Shown in pieces: positions 26,990 to 37,279 of a stretch of DNA of 64,000 nucleotides. Both the position numbers and the translations under genes were made by a program. Below the pieces are notes generated by a model. The model had not been told where the DNA came from. It searched no databases and was given only the letters and a program-made list of their open reading frames with translations. Location: positions 199,739-263,738 of the forward strand of contig CAVXTH010000009.1 of the NCBI GenBank assembly GCA_963764625.1, given 5' to 3'. This DNA is from Candidatus Krumholzibacteriota bacterium. Its GTDB lineage: Bacteria; Krumholzibacteriota; Krumholzibacteriia; JAJRXK01. Each line of letters begins with the position of its first letter. Positions within the stretch are counted from its first letter, which is position 1.

Positions 26990-29164
26990 GCGATCAGCCC
27001 AAGGACCAAAGGGGCAAGCGCCTGATGTCCCGACGCGGGTTCCTGGCCCTCTCCGCCATTGGGGGAACCGGCCTGGTCTTGGCTCTCACTCTGCCGCGCC
27101 ACGTGGGAGGGCTTCTCGCGCCCCTGGGCGAGGCGCAGAAGGAGGGTCCCGATCTCTTCGTGCGCATCACACCCCAGAATGAAGTGATCATCAAAGTGGT
27201 GCGATCGGAGATGGGACAGGGAGTGCGCACAGCTTTGCCCATGATTCTCGCCGAAGAGTTGGACGCCGATCTGTCGACCGTCGTGGTCGAACAGGGCGAT
27301 GCCGACGCCAGGTATTTCATGGGAACCGCGGGAAGTCAGAGCATCTTCCGGTCGTTCGAGCTCTTGAGAAGGGCGGGGGCCGCGGCGCGTCTCATGCTGC
27401 TGCAGGCCGCGGCACAACGCTGGAACGAAGGACAAAGCCGGTGTCGCACCGAGTCGGGTTTCGTGCTTGGACCGCGCGAACAGAAGCTCAGCTACGGCGA
27501 GTTGGCCGAGGAAGCGGCAAAGCTGGAGCTCCCGCCGCATTCGACGCTCAAGGAGACGGCCGAGTTCACCCTCGTCGGAACCGAGCCACCTCGCTACGGC
27601 GGCGAGGATATCGTGCGCGGTCGCGCGCAGCTCGGGCAGGACACACGCGTGCCCGGCCTGCGCTTCGCTTCCCTGGAGCGGCCGCCGACCAAGGGAGCCG
27701 AACTGAGGGAGTTCGACGAGAGCGCGGCCAAAAGAGTGCCGGGAGTCCTCGAGGTATTCGCCTTGGACGAGGGGGTGGCGGTTCTCGCCGAGAACACCTG
27801 GGCCGCATTTCAGGGACGCGAGGCTCTGCGGGCGAAATGGCGCGAGGGCAAGGCGGCCGAGTTTTCCACCCACGAGCTGCAGCGCCGCATGGACGAGGCT
27901 CTGCGCCGTCCTGGAAAATCGGTCCACGGGGACGAGGACGCCGAGAAAGAACTCGAGAACGCGGAAGACCTCATCGAGGCGCGCTACGAACTCCCGTTTC
28001 TGGATCAGGCTCCGATGATCCCCCTCAATTGCACCGCCGTCGTCGAGCGAGTCGGAGACCGAGATCTGGGCGCCGGCCCAGTTTCCGAACTGGGCCAAGA
28101 GGGAGGTCGCTCACCGTGTCGGTCTGTCCGAGGACCAGATCACTCTCCACGTGACCCTCATCGGCAGTGGATTCGGCCGGCGCATTTACCCCGACGTGAT
28201 CATCGAGGCAGCGGCGATCGCCAAGCGGGCGCAAGTGCCGGTGCAACTCGTGAATACGCGTAAGGACAATTTTCGGCACGGAGTCTACCGTCCTGCAAAC
28301 CACCACCTCCTCCGCGCGCGACTCGATGCCAACGGAATGCCGCGCGCGTGGAGCCACAGAATTGCCGGCCCTTCGATCACCGCCAGCTGGTCTCCTCGCA
28401 GCTCTCACCCGGAGGCCTTCGAGATTCAGGGGGCGGCGGATCTTCCCTACGCCATCGAGAAGATCCACGTCAGCTACGCTCGGGTCCCGGTTCCGGTGAG
28501 ATTGGGCGCGATGCGAGGGGTCGCGCGGGTGAACAACGCTTTCGTCACAGAGTGCTTTCTCGACGAACTCGCGCACGCTGCCGGACGCGACCCCCTGCAG
28601 TACCGGCTCGAGTTGCTCCAGGGAAGGGAAACTTTCGAGAGCGAAGGCGAGAACATCGAGCCCGAGCGCCTGGCCGCGGTGCTGCGCCTGGCGGCTGAGA
28701 AGGCGGGCTGGGGGAAGACCATGCCCGCGGGCCATGGCCTGGGGATCGCCGCCAATGCGTACTCCTCCTGTCAGAGCTACTCGGCGGAGGTGGCCCACGT
28801 CGAGCTTCTTCCCGGCGGCAAACTTCGGGTGCACGAGGTGTGGTGCGCGGTGGACTGTGGAATCGTGGTTCATCCCGACCTGGTGCGTGCTCAATTCGAG
28901 GGCGGAGTGGTCTATGGGCTGAACTCGGTCCTGAAGCATCGTCTCAGTTTCGAGAAGGGCCGCGCCAAAGAGATCGACTTCCGCGACTACCCTCTGCTCA
29001 CCCTCAAAGAAGCGCCGGAAGTGAGGGTGTACTTCGTGAAAAGCGATCGGCCGCCCGGGGGCATCGGAGAGCCCCCTCTGCCTCCTCTGGCGCCTGCGGT
29101 CTGCAATGCCGTGTTCGCAGCGGGCGGCAGGAGGGTGCGAGTCTTGCCCATCGGCGAGTTCTGA
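26986..29164 (+). CDS. Molybdopterin-binding large subunit (IorB-like aldehyde oxidase/xanthine dehydrogenase family) with Tat signal; frame disrupted near 28057-28060
   Basis: ATG 26986 overlaps small-subunit stop (ATGA); twin-arginine signal SRRGFLALSAIGG; N-terminal part is ORF 26497..28263, C-terminal part is ORF 28151..29164 (EIWAPAQ...LIGSGFGRR continues in the other frame). Confidence 0.8.
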
Positions 29165-29185
29165 GCGTTACCGGGTTGCGGCGCG

Positions 29186-29854
29186 TCAAGTGAGCCGCAA
29201 CGCGACGAGCGCGAGCAGAGCTCCGCCGAGAAGTGATCCGTCGACGAAAGTCGCCACGTAGATCTCGTCGTCGCGACGGGGGAGAAGCGTCAGGAAGAGG
29301 AGCAGGGGAATCAGCCCCAAGAAGCGCGGACTTCCCCGCAGGAACAGCGCCGAAGCGGCTCCCGCCAAGGAGAGTAACAGGGCCGCGTTCCACGCCTTTG
29401 CCGGACCCAACCACTTGGCCTCGGCTTCGCGATCGGCGGCATCGCAGGCCAGGACGTTGGCGAACACCGCGAGCCCCACCGGAGCGAAATCCCTCAGGAC
29501 GCCCAGAATTGGCAGTCCTCCCCAGAGGGTCGGAATCCCCCCCACCACGATCAGCCAGGCCAGGGCGATGTAGAGCGGCTTGACCATCGGCAACTTCTTC
29601 AAGTTGTGGTGCACGAGAGAGAGCGCGAAGACCAAGAGCAAGAGAAAGGCGATTCCCCATCCGGCGAGAAGGCCCAGCACCGCCGTGCCGGCGAAACCGA
29701 TCAATCCGGCCAGGAGCAGGAGACGATGGTAGCTCTGAACGAATCGCCAGCGCCTCGGTTTGGTGAGCGCATCGCTTCGCCGTCCCCTCAGCCGATCAAA
29801 GTTGTAGACCGTGAAACTCCCCATGCAGACCAATAGATAGAGGGTGAAGGGCAA
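29186..29854 (-). CDS. Polytopic membrane protein of unknown function; start uncertain
   Basis: Multiple hydrophobic helices; TTG 29854 has GGAG 5 nt upstream, but in-frame TM-like sequence continues upstream to about 29968 without a canonical start codon. Confidence 0.45.
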   Translation of the reverse strand: MPFTLYLLVCMGSFTVYNFDRLRGRRSDALTKPRRWRFVQSYHRLLLLAGLIGFAGTAVLGLLAGWGIAFLLLLVFALSLVHHNLKKLPMVKPLYIALAWLIVVGGIPTLWGGLPILGVLRDFAPVGLAVFANVLACDAADREAEAKWLGPAKAWNAALLLSLAGAASALFLRGSPRFLGLIPLLLFLTLLPRRDDEIYVATFVDGSLLGGALLALVALRLT

Positions 29855-29969
29855 GTGTACTCCGAGGGCCCCCGCGACCGCGGCCAGGAGCGCGACCGCG
29901 ATGGCGGAAATCCACAGCCCACTGTAGAGGAGAAAGTTTATGCGTGAGAACTCACGCGAGAGATCGGGA

Positions 29970-30359
29970 TTAACTCGGATCGACGTAGGATTTCTCCTCC
30001 ACGATGCTCGAGCCGGTAGCAATGTTGATCCGCCGTTTGATCCCACATCGCTCGTCGTTGCGGCGGTATACGGCGCGGGCCAGAGCGATAAAGGCCTCGC
30101 CGAAGTCGCGGCGAGCCTCACAGCCACGAATCTCATCCTCGATCTCCCACAGCGCTTCGTTCACCGCCGCGAGCTCGCCAAGCCATTGCTCGAGCTGGGA
30201 CTCCTCGAGGGGAAGGCCCTTGGCCACGGCCAGAAGGGCCTTCAGCTCCCGGCGCACGTTGGCCAGTTTCTTCTCGTCACCGATTCGCGCCTCCTTGATG
30301 CGCAGAATCGAGAGCTTATCCAAGAGCTCTCCGGCGGAGATGGGAATGTGAAGCTCCAA
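29970..30359 (-). CDS. Small conserved hypothetical protein (about 129 aa)
   Basis: TTG 30359 preceded by GGGGAGG with 6-nt spacer; non-low-complexity, charged sequence (ILRIKEARIGDEKKLANVRREL, NDERCGIKRRIN). Confidence 0.55.
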   Translation of the reverse strand: MELHIPISAGELLDKLSILRIKEARIGDEKKLANVRRELKALLAVAKGLPLEESQLEQWLGELAAVNEALWEIEDEIRGCEARRDFGEAFIALARAVYRRNDERCGIKRRINIATGSSIVEEKSYVDPS

Positions 30360-30631
30360 GGAGATCCTCCCCAGGCTGGTGGCGGGACGAGAACTCACCG
30401 ACAGTATAGGGGTACCCCGGCCCCGGCCCCAAGCGCGGGTGGAACTCTCTTTTCCTTTCCAGCCCACCCGCTCTGCGCCTTGACACCACCCCAAGCATTT
30501 TCTAGCCTTGTGACCCAATTTCGACCGGGAGCTCTTCTCCTCCGGATCCAATTGGTGGTTTCGCGTCCGGGTCGGCCGTGGGTCGGCCCGACAGGATCAC
30601 TGGTTCTTCTCTCTCGCTCCGGAGTCAACTC

Positions 30632-31081
30632 GTGGAAACCATTGGACGTCACCTGATCGCCGAGTACTACGGCTGCACCAGCAGCGCACTCAATGATGTC
30701 GACCAGCTGCGAGAATACATGATTCACGCGGCCGAGACGGTGGGTGCCACGGTGATGGGAGAGACTTTCCATGCCTTCTCTCCCCAGGGCGCCAGCGGCA
30801 CGGTCGTGATCGCCGAATCCCATCTGTCCATTCATACCTGGCCGGAGCGTGGTTACGTTGCGGTGGACATCTATACCTGCGGCGGGCTCGATCCCCGACC
30901 CGGCTTCGAGTTTCTCGCGGAAGTGCTGGAGGCGCAGAGCTACCGGGTACAGGAAATCCTGCGGGGTCTCCCCGAGGATCTAGACCACCACGGCATGCTC
31001 CTCCCCGAGGACGTCAGCGTGATCACGAAACTCCCGGAGATGCGACCCCTCGCTCCTCGTCGCATCGCTCAGGGAGCCTGA
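30632..31081 (+). CDS. speH: S-adenosylmethionine decarboxylase proenzyme (small pyruvoyl-dependent class)
   Basis: ORF 30578..31081 trimmed to GTG 30632 (GGAG 7 nt upstream); processing/active-site motif ESHLSIHTWPE, ...DIYTCG. Confidence 0.85.
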   Translation: METIGRHLIAEYYGCTSSALNDVDQLREYMIHAAETVGATVMGETFHAFSPQGASGTVVIAESHLSIHTWPERGYVAVDIYTCGGLDPRPGFEFLAEVLEAQSYRVQEILRGLPEDLDHHGMLLPEDVSVITKLPEMRPLAPRRIAQGA

Positions 31082-31087
31082 GTCTCG

Positions 31088-32008
31088 TTGAGCGCCGAAG
31101 AACACCACGACGAGCCCATCGAGATGACAGGCGAAATGCGCGGAGGTCTCTCCGAGGGTTGGCACACCGAGGAGGGATTCGGCGCGGTGCGGCTCGGCTT
31201 GCGCGTATCCTCCCTTCTCCACGAAGAACAGTCCGAGTATCAGAAGATCGCGGTCTGTGAGAGCGAGTTCTTTGGCCGCATCCTGCTCCTGGACGATCTC
31301 ATCATGCTCACCGAGCGCGACGAGTTCGTGTATCACGAGATGATCACTCACGTTCCGCTCTGCGGAATTGAGAACCCGCGTAGAGTCCTGGTCATCGGGG
31401 GCGGCGACTGCGGGTGCCTCCGGGAGATCCTCAAGCACGAGAGCGTGGAGCGCGCGGTGCTGTGCGAGATCGACGAGCGCGTGACCGCGGTGTGCCGCGA
31501 GTTCTTTCCCTGGGTAGAGGATGTCGCCGGTGACCCGCGGGTGGAGCTGGCGTTCGCCGACGGGGTCGCTCACGTGAAGGAACATCCGCAAGAGTACGAC
31601 CTGGTCATCGTGGACAGCACCGATCCCATCGGTCCGGCGGTCAACCTCTTCCGTCGCGAATTCTACGCGAGCGTCGCGCGGTGTCTGAAGCCCGGCGGCG
31701 TGATGGTGGCTCAGACGGAGTCGCCGTTCTATTCCCCGAAGGTGCTTGGTCGCATCAAGGCCGAGCTGGCCGAGGCCTTCCAGTGGGTCGATTTCTACCT
31801 CGGCTTCATTCCCACCTATCCGAGCGGATGTTGGAGCTGGGCCCACGCGAGCAACGATCGAGCCCACGACGCCTACTTCGACGAGGCGCGGGCCGAGCGG
31901 CTGGCCCGCTCCTGCCGCTACTACAATCCGGCGATCCACCGGGCTGCCTTCGCGCTGCCGAACTTCGCGCGCGCCGCCGTTACAGAAGACGATTCCTCGA
32001 AGAAGTAG
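31088..32008 (+). CDS. speE: Spermidine synthase (polyamine aminopropyltransferase)
   Basis: 306 aa; motifs SEYQKIAV, VLVIGGGDCG, IVDSTDPIGPA; immediately downstream of speH; start codon uncertain (TTG 31088 or ATG 31124). Confidence 0.9.
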   Translation: MSAEEHHDEPIEMTGEMRGGLSEGWHTEEGFGAVRLGLRVSSLLHEEQSEYQKIAVCESEFFGRILLLDDLIMLTERDEFVYHEMITHVPLCGIENPRRVLVIGGGDCGCLREILKHESVERAVLCEIDERVTAVCREFFPWVEDVAGDPRVELAFADGVAHVKEHPQEYDLVIVDSTDPIGPAVNLFRREFYASVARCLKPGGVMVAQTESPFYSPKVLGRIKAELAEAFQWVDFYLGFIPTYPSGCWSWAHASNDRAHDAYFDEARAERLARSCRYYNPAIHRAAFALPNFARAAVTEDDSSKK

Positions 32009-32033
32009 GCGTTTCCGCCGCGCTCCAGAGAGC

Positions 32034-33626
32034 TCAGCGCGCCCCCGGGCCCAGGACCAGGGGGGCGAGCCACCAGCACATCAGGGTCACCACCACCAGC
32101 CCCAGGGCATCCAGAATGAGCCCCAGTCGGGCCATCTGACGAATACTGATCCATCCGCTGCCGAAGACGATGGCGTTGGGTGGGGTGGCGACCGGCAGCA
32201 TGAAGGCGAGGGAGGAGGCCAGAGCCGCGGGCACCATCAAGAGGAGGGGAGGCGCGTCGATACTGCGCGCGACCTCTGCCAGAATGGGCATGAGGAGGAT
32301 GGCGGTGGCGGTATTGCTGGTCACTTCCGTGAGTGCCATGGCCAAGAGCGAGATCAGGGCGATGATCAAGGGAAGGGGCAGACTCTGCAAGCCGTGGAGA
32401 CCGCTGCCGAACCAGGTGGCCAGCCCGCTGTCCTGAAAGCCCTTTGCCAGGGCGAACCCGCCGCCGAAGAGGATGAGGATTCCCCAGGGCGAACGGGTTC
32501 GAATGCTCTCCCAGTCGAGCAGGGGAACCCGGCGGCCATCCTGGGGACGGTAGGCACGCAACGCGGTGAGCAGGATCCCCACCCCGATGGCCACCGTGGT
32601 GTCCTGCAGGTAGTCGGAGTGTGGGAAGAGCTGCGACCAGCCCGGCAAAGTGAGCGTGCCCAGGGGCAGGGGTTTGCGGGTGATCCAGAGGATCGCGGCG
32701 AGGAGGAAGCAGGAGAGAACGAGTCTCTCTCCGCTCGCCATCGGTCCGAGCTTCTCCTGTTCCCTTCGCAGGACCTCTCGTCCCACATCTTGGGATTCTC
32801 CACTGACCAGATTCCGCTGCGGGCCGAAGCGCATGAGGACGAAGTACGCCATGGCGAGCATCGCGATCGAGATGGGGACCCCCAAGAGCATCCAGCTTCC
32901 GAACGAAATCTCCGGAAGCTCGGGGAAGAGGGTCTTCACCTGTCCGACGAGCACGATGTTGGGCGGCGTGCCTACCAGGGTGGCGAGGCCCCCGACGCCA
33001 GCTCCGTAGGCCAGCGCCAACATGAGGGCTCCGCCCAGTTTCTCTTCGAACGGAGCATCCGCGTCGCCGAGCCCGTGGGCACGGGCGCTCTCTGCCAGGG
33101 TGCGAACCACTGCCATCGCAATGGGAAGGAGCATGACGGTGGTGGCGGTGTTGGAGATCCAGGCCGAGAGGAAGGCCGAGGTCAAGAGAAAGCCCAGCAC
33201 CAGACGCTGCGGCCGGGTGCCCACCCGCTGGACCAATCCCAACGCGATGCGCCGGTGCAGGTTCCAGCGTTCCATCGCGATCGCGATCATGAAGCCGCCC
33301 AGAAAGAGGAAGACCAGATGATCGCCGTAGTTCTGTGCCGTGGCTCGGCTCGAGAGGATTCCGAGCGCAGGGAAGAGCACCAGAGGCAGAAGCGCCGTCA
33401 CCGCCAGGGGGAGGGCCTCGCTGATCCACCAGAACGCCATGAGGACCGCGACGGCCAGGGTGTGCCATCCCTTGGACCCAAGTCCGGACGGTGGCGGCAA
33501 GAGAAGGAAGACGACGAGCAGCAGGACGCCGGAAACGAGGAAGATGAGATGCCGGTCCACCGCGTGACTCCGGCCAGGACCGGAGCCTGAATTCGATGCC
33601 GCGGAATCCGAATGGGGGACGTTCAT
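32034..33626 (-). CDS. DASS/SLC13-type anion permease (ArsB/NhaD superfamily)
   Basis: 530 aa, about 12 TM segments; duplicated GTPPN motifs (LVGTPPNIV, VATPPNAIV). Confidence 0.85.
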   Translation of the reverse strand: MNVPHSDSAASNSGSGPGRSHAVDRHLIFLVSGVLLLVVFLLLPPPSGLGSKGWHTLAVAVLMAFWWISEALPLAVTALLPLVLFPALGILSSRATAQNYGDHLVFLFLGGFMIAIAMERWNLHRRIALGLVQRVGTRPQRLVLGFLLTSAFLSAWISNTATTVMLLPIAMAVVRTLAESARAHGLGDADAPFEEKLGGALMLALAYGAGVGGLATLVGTPPNIVLVGQVKTLFPELPEISFGSWMLLGVPISIAMLAMAYFVLMRFGPQRNLVSGESQDVGREVLRREQEKLGPMASGERLVLSCFLLAAILWITRKPLPLGTLTLPGWSQLFPHSDYLQDTTVAIGVGILLTALRAYRPQDGRRVPLLDWESIRTRSPWGILILFGGGFALAKGFQDSGLATWFGSGLHGLQSLPLPLIIALISLLAMALTEVTSNTATAILLMPILAEVARSIDAPPLLLMVPAALASSLAFMLPVATPPNAIVFGSGWISIRQMARLGLILDALGLVVVTLMCWWLAPLVLGPGAR

Positions 33627-33881
33627 CGCGGGTCGAGGCTACGTCCACGCTTTTGGACGGTCAAGCGCGGCGCGAGATCCAGCCGCGAAGGAAAACCATG
33701 CACTCGGGGTCAGCATGGGGAGCCGCCGGGTCGAAGGGCGATCGTAAAGAAGCGATCGGGTACGCAAAGAGATGAAACGATGGGCAACCACCCTCAAGAA
33801 CGCTCCCGAAGGGGAAACCACACGGAATCGATCTCTGGTCCAAATCGTGCAAGCCTGGTAGATTTTCCGCGCCACGAGGTG

Positions 33882-35255
33882 GTAAGACGTATGATCGCGG
33901 TGGAGGCGCCAATGGCGACCCAGGGAGTGCGAGTGGAACGCGGCCCGTCGCGATCTGCGCGAGTGGGACTACTCACGCCCTCGGGTTGGGGCAACCTGGG
34001 CGATGCGGCCATCCAGGACGCGGTCATTCAGGCCATCCGCCGCCACCAACCCGACGCGGAGATCTGCGTCTTTTCGCTCAATCCGGCCGACACTCGCATG
34101 CGACACGACATCGAGGCCGACCTGCTGTCGGGCTTCTCGGTGGTGCCCGGATACACCGTCGCGGTGGGCTGGAACGACGCGCCTCCGATGGAGTCGAACG
34201 GCGACTCTCCGGTTGCGCCAAAATCGGCACCGGCTGCGGCGAAACCGTCGCTGCCCCGCGCCATGCTCGCGAGACTCGGTCCCGGCGTGGAGGAAGTCCT
34301 GCGCCGCGTGTACTACGACCAGGCCTATTTGCGGCGGATGCGGCGCAAGCTGAAGGACTTCGACCTCGTCCTGGTTTCCGGAGGCGGGCAGGTGGACGCC
34401 GAATGGGGAGGCGCCTGGGGTCACCCGTGGACCCTGGCCAAGTGGTCTCTTCTGTGCCGCAGCGTTGGGATCCCGTTTCTCGTTCTCAGCGTGGGCGTTT
34501 GTACTCTAGACGATTTTTTCAGCCGGATCTTCGCGCGTATCGCGCTTCGCCAGGCCGACTTCGTCTGTTTTCGCGACCAGAACTCCCGCCGGCGCGCGCT
34601 CGAATTGCACCTGGTGGAGGACGCAACGGTGGAACCCGACCTGGCGTTCGCCTACGACGGCCTCGATCCGTCCCTCTGGAGTCGGGGGGAGAGCGCAGTG
34701 GTGGCGGTCGGGCCCATGGCCTGGTGCGACCCCAGCGTATGGCCACGGCGCGACGAAGTGGCCCACCTGCGATATATGGAGAATTTGAGCAGCTTCGTGG
34801 CAGGGCTCTTGCGAGAGGGAAATCGGGTGCTGCTGGTATCGAGCGACAACCCCGATATGCGGACGGTCGAGTGGATTGCCAGGAAGATCGGAGCCGATCA
34901 TCCGGAATTGCGCTCGGCTCTGGAAACGCCGCGGACCGGAACGGTTGATGAATTCTTGAAAGTAGTGAATCGTGCGGAGTCCATGGTCGCGAGCCGGCTC
35001 CATGGATTCCTTCTGGCGGCGGGGTTGGGGAAGCCAGTGCTTCCTCTGTCCTACGATCCCAAAGTCGATTCACTTGCTCGGGAGTTAGGTCTTTCCGCCT
35101 ATCGCGAGGACATCGCCGACTTCGATCCCGCGGGCTTACGGGAGACCTTTCGTCGGCTTCAGGGCGACGGCGACCGCTGTCGGGACAACTTGAAACACAC
35201 GGTCACCGCTTACCGGAATCGTCTGGAGCGGCTCTTCGCGGAGTCGTTGCGGTGA
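33882..35255 (+). CDS. Polysaccharide pyruvyl transferase family protein
   Basis: ORF 33612..35255 trimmed to ATG 33882; motif GWGNLGDAAIQDAVIQAI and C-terminal SRLHGFLLAAGLGKPV. Confidence 0.7.
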   Translation, partial: VRRMIAVEAPMATQGVRVERGPSRSARVGLLTPSGWGNLGDAAIQDAVIQAIRRHQPDAEICVFSLNPADTRMRHDIEADLLSGFSVVPGYTVAVGWNDAPPMESNGDSPVAPKSAPAAAKPSLPRAMLARLGPGVEEVLRRVYYDQAYLRRMRRKLKDFDLVLVSGGGQVDAEWGGAWGHPWTLAKWSLLCRSVGIPFLVLSVGVCTLDDFFSRIFARIALRQADFVCFRDQNSRRRALELHLVEDATVEPDLAFAYDGLDPSLWSRGESAVVAVGPMAWCDPSVWPRRDEVAHLRYMENLSSFVAGLLREGNRVLLVSSDNPDMRTVEWIARKIGADHPELRSALETPRTGTVDEFLKVVNRAESMVASRLHGFLLAAGLGKPVLPLSYDPKVDSLARELGLSAYREDIADFDPAGLRETFRRLQGDGDRCRDNLKHTVTAYRNRLERLFAESLR

Positions 35256-35279
35256 GTTCACGATCCGAAGGATGAATTG

Positions 35280-36065
35280 ATGCTCGAGCACCTGCGAGAA
35301 CTCTTCCGCTATCGGGAACTCTTGCGCAGCCTCACCTGGCGCGAGATCCGGGTCAAATACAAGCAGTCGATCATGGGCGTGCTGTGGGCCGTTTTCATGC
35401 CCATGATCGTGGTCTCGGCCGGGATTCTGGTAAAGTACGCCGCGGCGAGACTCTCCAACACGCCCTTCAACGCGGCCGCCATCGCCTCCATATCGATTCG
35501 CGCGGTGCCCTGGGCATTCTTCGTCTCGTCTCTGCGCTTTGCCACCGGGAGTCTCATTTCGAACACGAATCTCGTGACGCGTATCTACTTTCCCAAAGAG
35601 ATTTTTCCTTTGGCCGCGGTGCTCTCCCAGCTGTTGGACTTCGCGGTGGCCTCCGGGGTTCTCCTGGTGCTTCTGACCGTGGTGCAAGTAGGGGTTTCGG
35701 TGCACCTCTTGTGGGTTCCCGTGCTCATGCTGCTCCTCATCATTCTCGTGGCGGGACTGGGCGTGTTTCTCTCGGCCTCGGCCCTGTTCTTCAGAGATGT
35801 GAAATACCTCGTCGAGGTCGTTCTGACCTTTGCCATCTTCTTCACGCCCGTGTTCTACGAGGTGAGCTTGTTCGGGAAGTGGTCCAAAGTGCTCCTCCTC
35901 AATCCAGTGGCGCCGATTCTGGAGGGAATGGACGCGGTGATCGTGAAGCATCAGGAGCCGCAGCTGCTGTGGATTCTCTACAGCACGGTGTTGGCCCTGG
36001 TCATCCTCACCGGAGGATATTCCTTCTTCAAGCGATCCGAGCCGGCATTCGCCGAGAACATCTAG
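35280..36065 (+). CDS. ABC-2 type transporter permease (Wzm/TagG-like polysaccharide exporter)
   Basis: 6 TM segments; N-terminal WREIRVKYKQSIMGVLWAV; directly upstream of ATPase gene. Confidence 0.85.
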   Translation: MLEHLRELFRYRELLRSLTWREIRVKYKQSIMGVLWAVFMPMIVVSAGILVKYAAARLSNTPFNAAAIASISIRAVPWAFFVSSLRFATGSLISNTNLVTRIYFPKEIFPLAAVLSQLLDFAVASGVLLVLLTVVQVGVSVHLLWVPVLMLLLIILVAGLGVFLSASALFFRDVKYLVEVVLTFAIFFTPVFYEVSLFGKWSKVLLLNPVAPILEGMDAVIVKHQEPQLLWILYSTVLALVILTGGYSFFKRSEPAFAENI

Positions 36066-36074
36066 GAGAATGCG

Positions 36075-37277
36075 ATGAGCGAGATTGCCCTGAAGTTGGA
36101 TCACGTGAGCAAGAAATTCCGGCGCGGAGAAATCCATGACTCCCTCAGGGATCTCATTCCCGCATTGACCGGAAGCTTTCTCAAGGGAGGGACCGGACTG
36201 CAGAAGGAGGAGTTTTGGGCGCTCGACGACGTGTGCATGGAAGTGAAGAAGGGCGAAGCGTTCGGAATCATTGGTCCCAACGGCGCGGGGAAATCGACCA
36301 TCCTGAAGCTTTTGAGCGGAATCCTGGTGCCCACTCAAGGATCTCTGATCGTCAATGGAACCCTCTCCGCCCTGATCGAGGTGGGCGCCGGATTCCATCC
36401 CGACCTCACTGGTCGCGAGAACATCTATCTCAACGGGTCCATCTTGGGGATGAAGAAGAAGGAGATCGAGGCCAAGTTCGACGAAATCGTGGAGTTCTCG
36501 GGACTCGCGGGATTCCTGGACACTCCGGTGAAGCGATACTCGTCGGGCATGTACGCTCGTCTGGGATTTTCCGTAGCGGCGCACGTCGACCCCGATGTCC
36601 TGGTGGTCGACGAAGTGCTGAGCGTGGGCGACCTGGTGTTCCAACGCAAGTGCCTGCAGCGCATGAGCGAAGTCCTCAGCAGTGGAGTCACCGTGCTTTT
36701 CGTGTCGCACAGCCTGCGGGCGGTCGCCGAACTCTGCTCGAGAAGCATGTTGCTGGTCGGGGGAAAAGTTGCCGCGCTCGGTCCCTCCGACGGGGTCATT
36801 TCGGAGTATCTCGCGCAGGCGACGGGCGAGCGCCGCAAGAGCGATGGGCCGGTGGAAGTGCACTCGGTGCGGATATCTTCACCCAACGGTGACGGGGTCC
36901 ATTTCGTTTCGGGGGAAACCGTCGATGTGGAAGTCGAACTCCGCGCGCGCGAGTCCTGTCCGAGAGTGGCGGTCGTACTCGATTTGCTCGACGAGAGCCA
37001 ATACAACCTCTTCAATACTTCCACCGAGAGAATGGGCCACGCGCCAGTCGATCTCGAACCAGGGGAAGTCTACCGCTGCACCTTCCGTCTGGATCTCCAC
37101 CTCGCGCAAGGTACTTTCTATCTGGGAGCGCACGCTTACCGCTACGACGTGGAACACAACTACGACAGTCTGGTGCCGGCGCTCACCTTCTACGTGAGCT
37201 CGGGGATCGAAGTGCGAGGGGCAGTCAACTGCAATCCTCGACTCGTGGAACAAAAACGAGAAATAGGGAGCAGATAG
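36075..37277 (+). CDS. ABC transporter ATP-binding protein (Wzt/TagH-like) with C-terminal extension domain
   Basis: Walker A GPNGAGKST, signature YSSGMYARL, Walker B VLVVDE; about 150 aa C-terminal beta-rich extension. Confidence 0.9.
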   Translation: MSEIALKLDHVSKKFRRGEIHDSLRDLIPALTGSFLKGGTGLQKEEFWALDDVCMEVKKGEAFGIIGPNGAGKSTILKLLSGILVPTQGSLIVNGTLSALIEVGAGFHPDLTGRENIYLNGSILGMKKKEIEAKFDEIVEFSGLAGFLDTPVKRYSSGMYARLGFSVAAHVDPDVLVVDEVLSVGDLVFQRKCLQRMSEVLSSGVTVLFVSHSLRAVAELCSRSMLLVGGKVAALGPSDGVISEYLAQATGERRKSDGPVEVHSVRISSPNGDGVHFVSGETVDVEVELRARESCPRVAVVLDLLDESQYNLFNTSTERMGHAPVDLEPGEVYRCTFRLDLHLAQGTFYLGAHAYRYDVEHNYDSLVPALTFYVSSGIEVRGAVNCNPRLVEQKREIGSR

Positions 37278-37279
37278 GA

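Noticed and set aside
30480-30508. TTGACA-N17-TAGCCT upstream of speH
   Set aside because: Perfect -35 but the -10 matches consensus at only 3 of 6 positions; mentioned in a finding but not annotated as a promoter.
31921-33648. 575-aa ORF on the minus strand overlapping the DASS transporter gene in another frame
   Set aside because: Extremely Arg/Pro/Gly-rich, typical of an off-frame read through high-GC coding DNA; the overlapping frame encodes a convincing permease.
35136-36863. 575-aa antisense ORF across the ABC permease and ATPase genes
   Set aside because: Antisense to two genes with clear Walker/ABC motifs; composition is low-complexity and no domain is recognisable.
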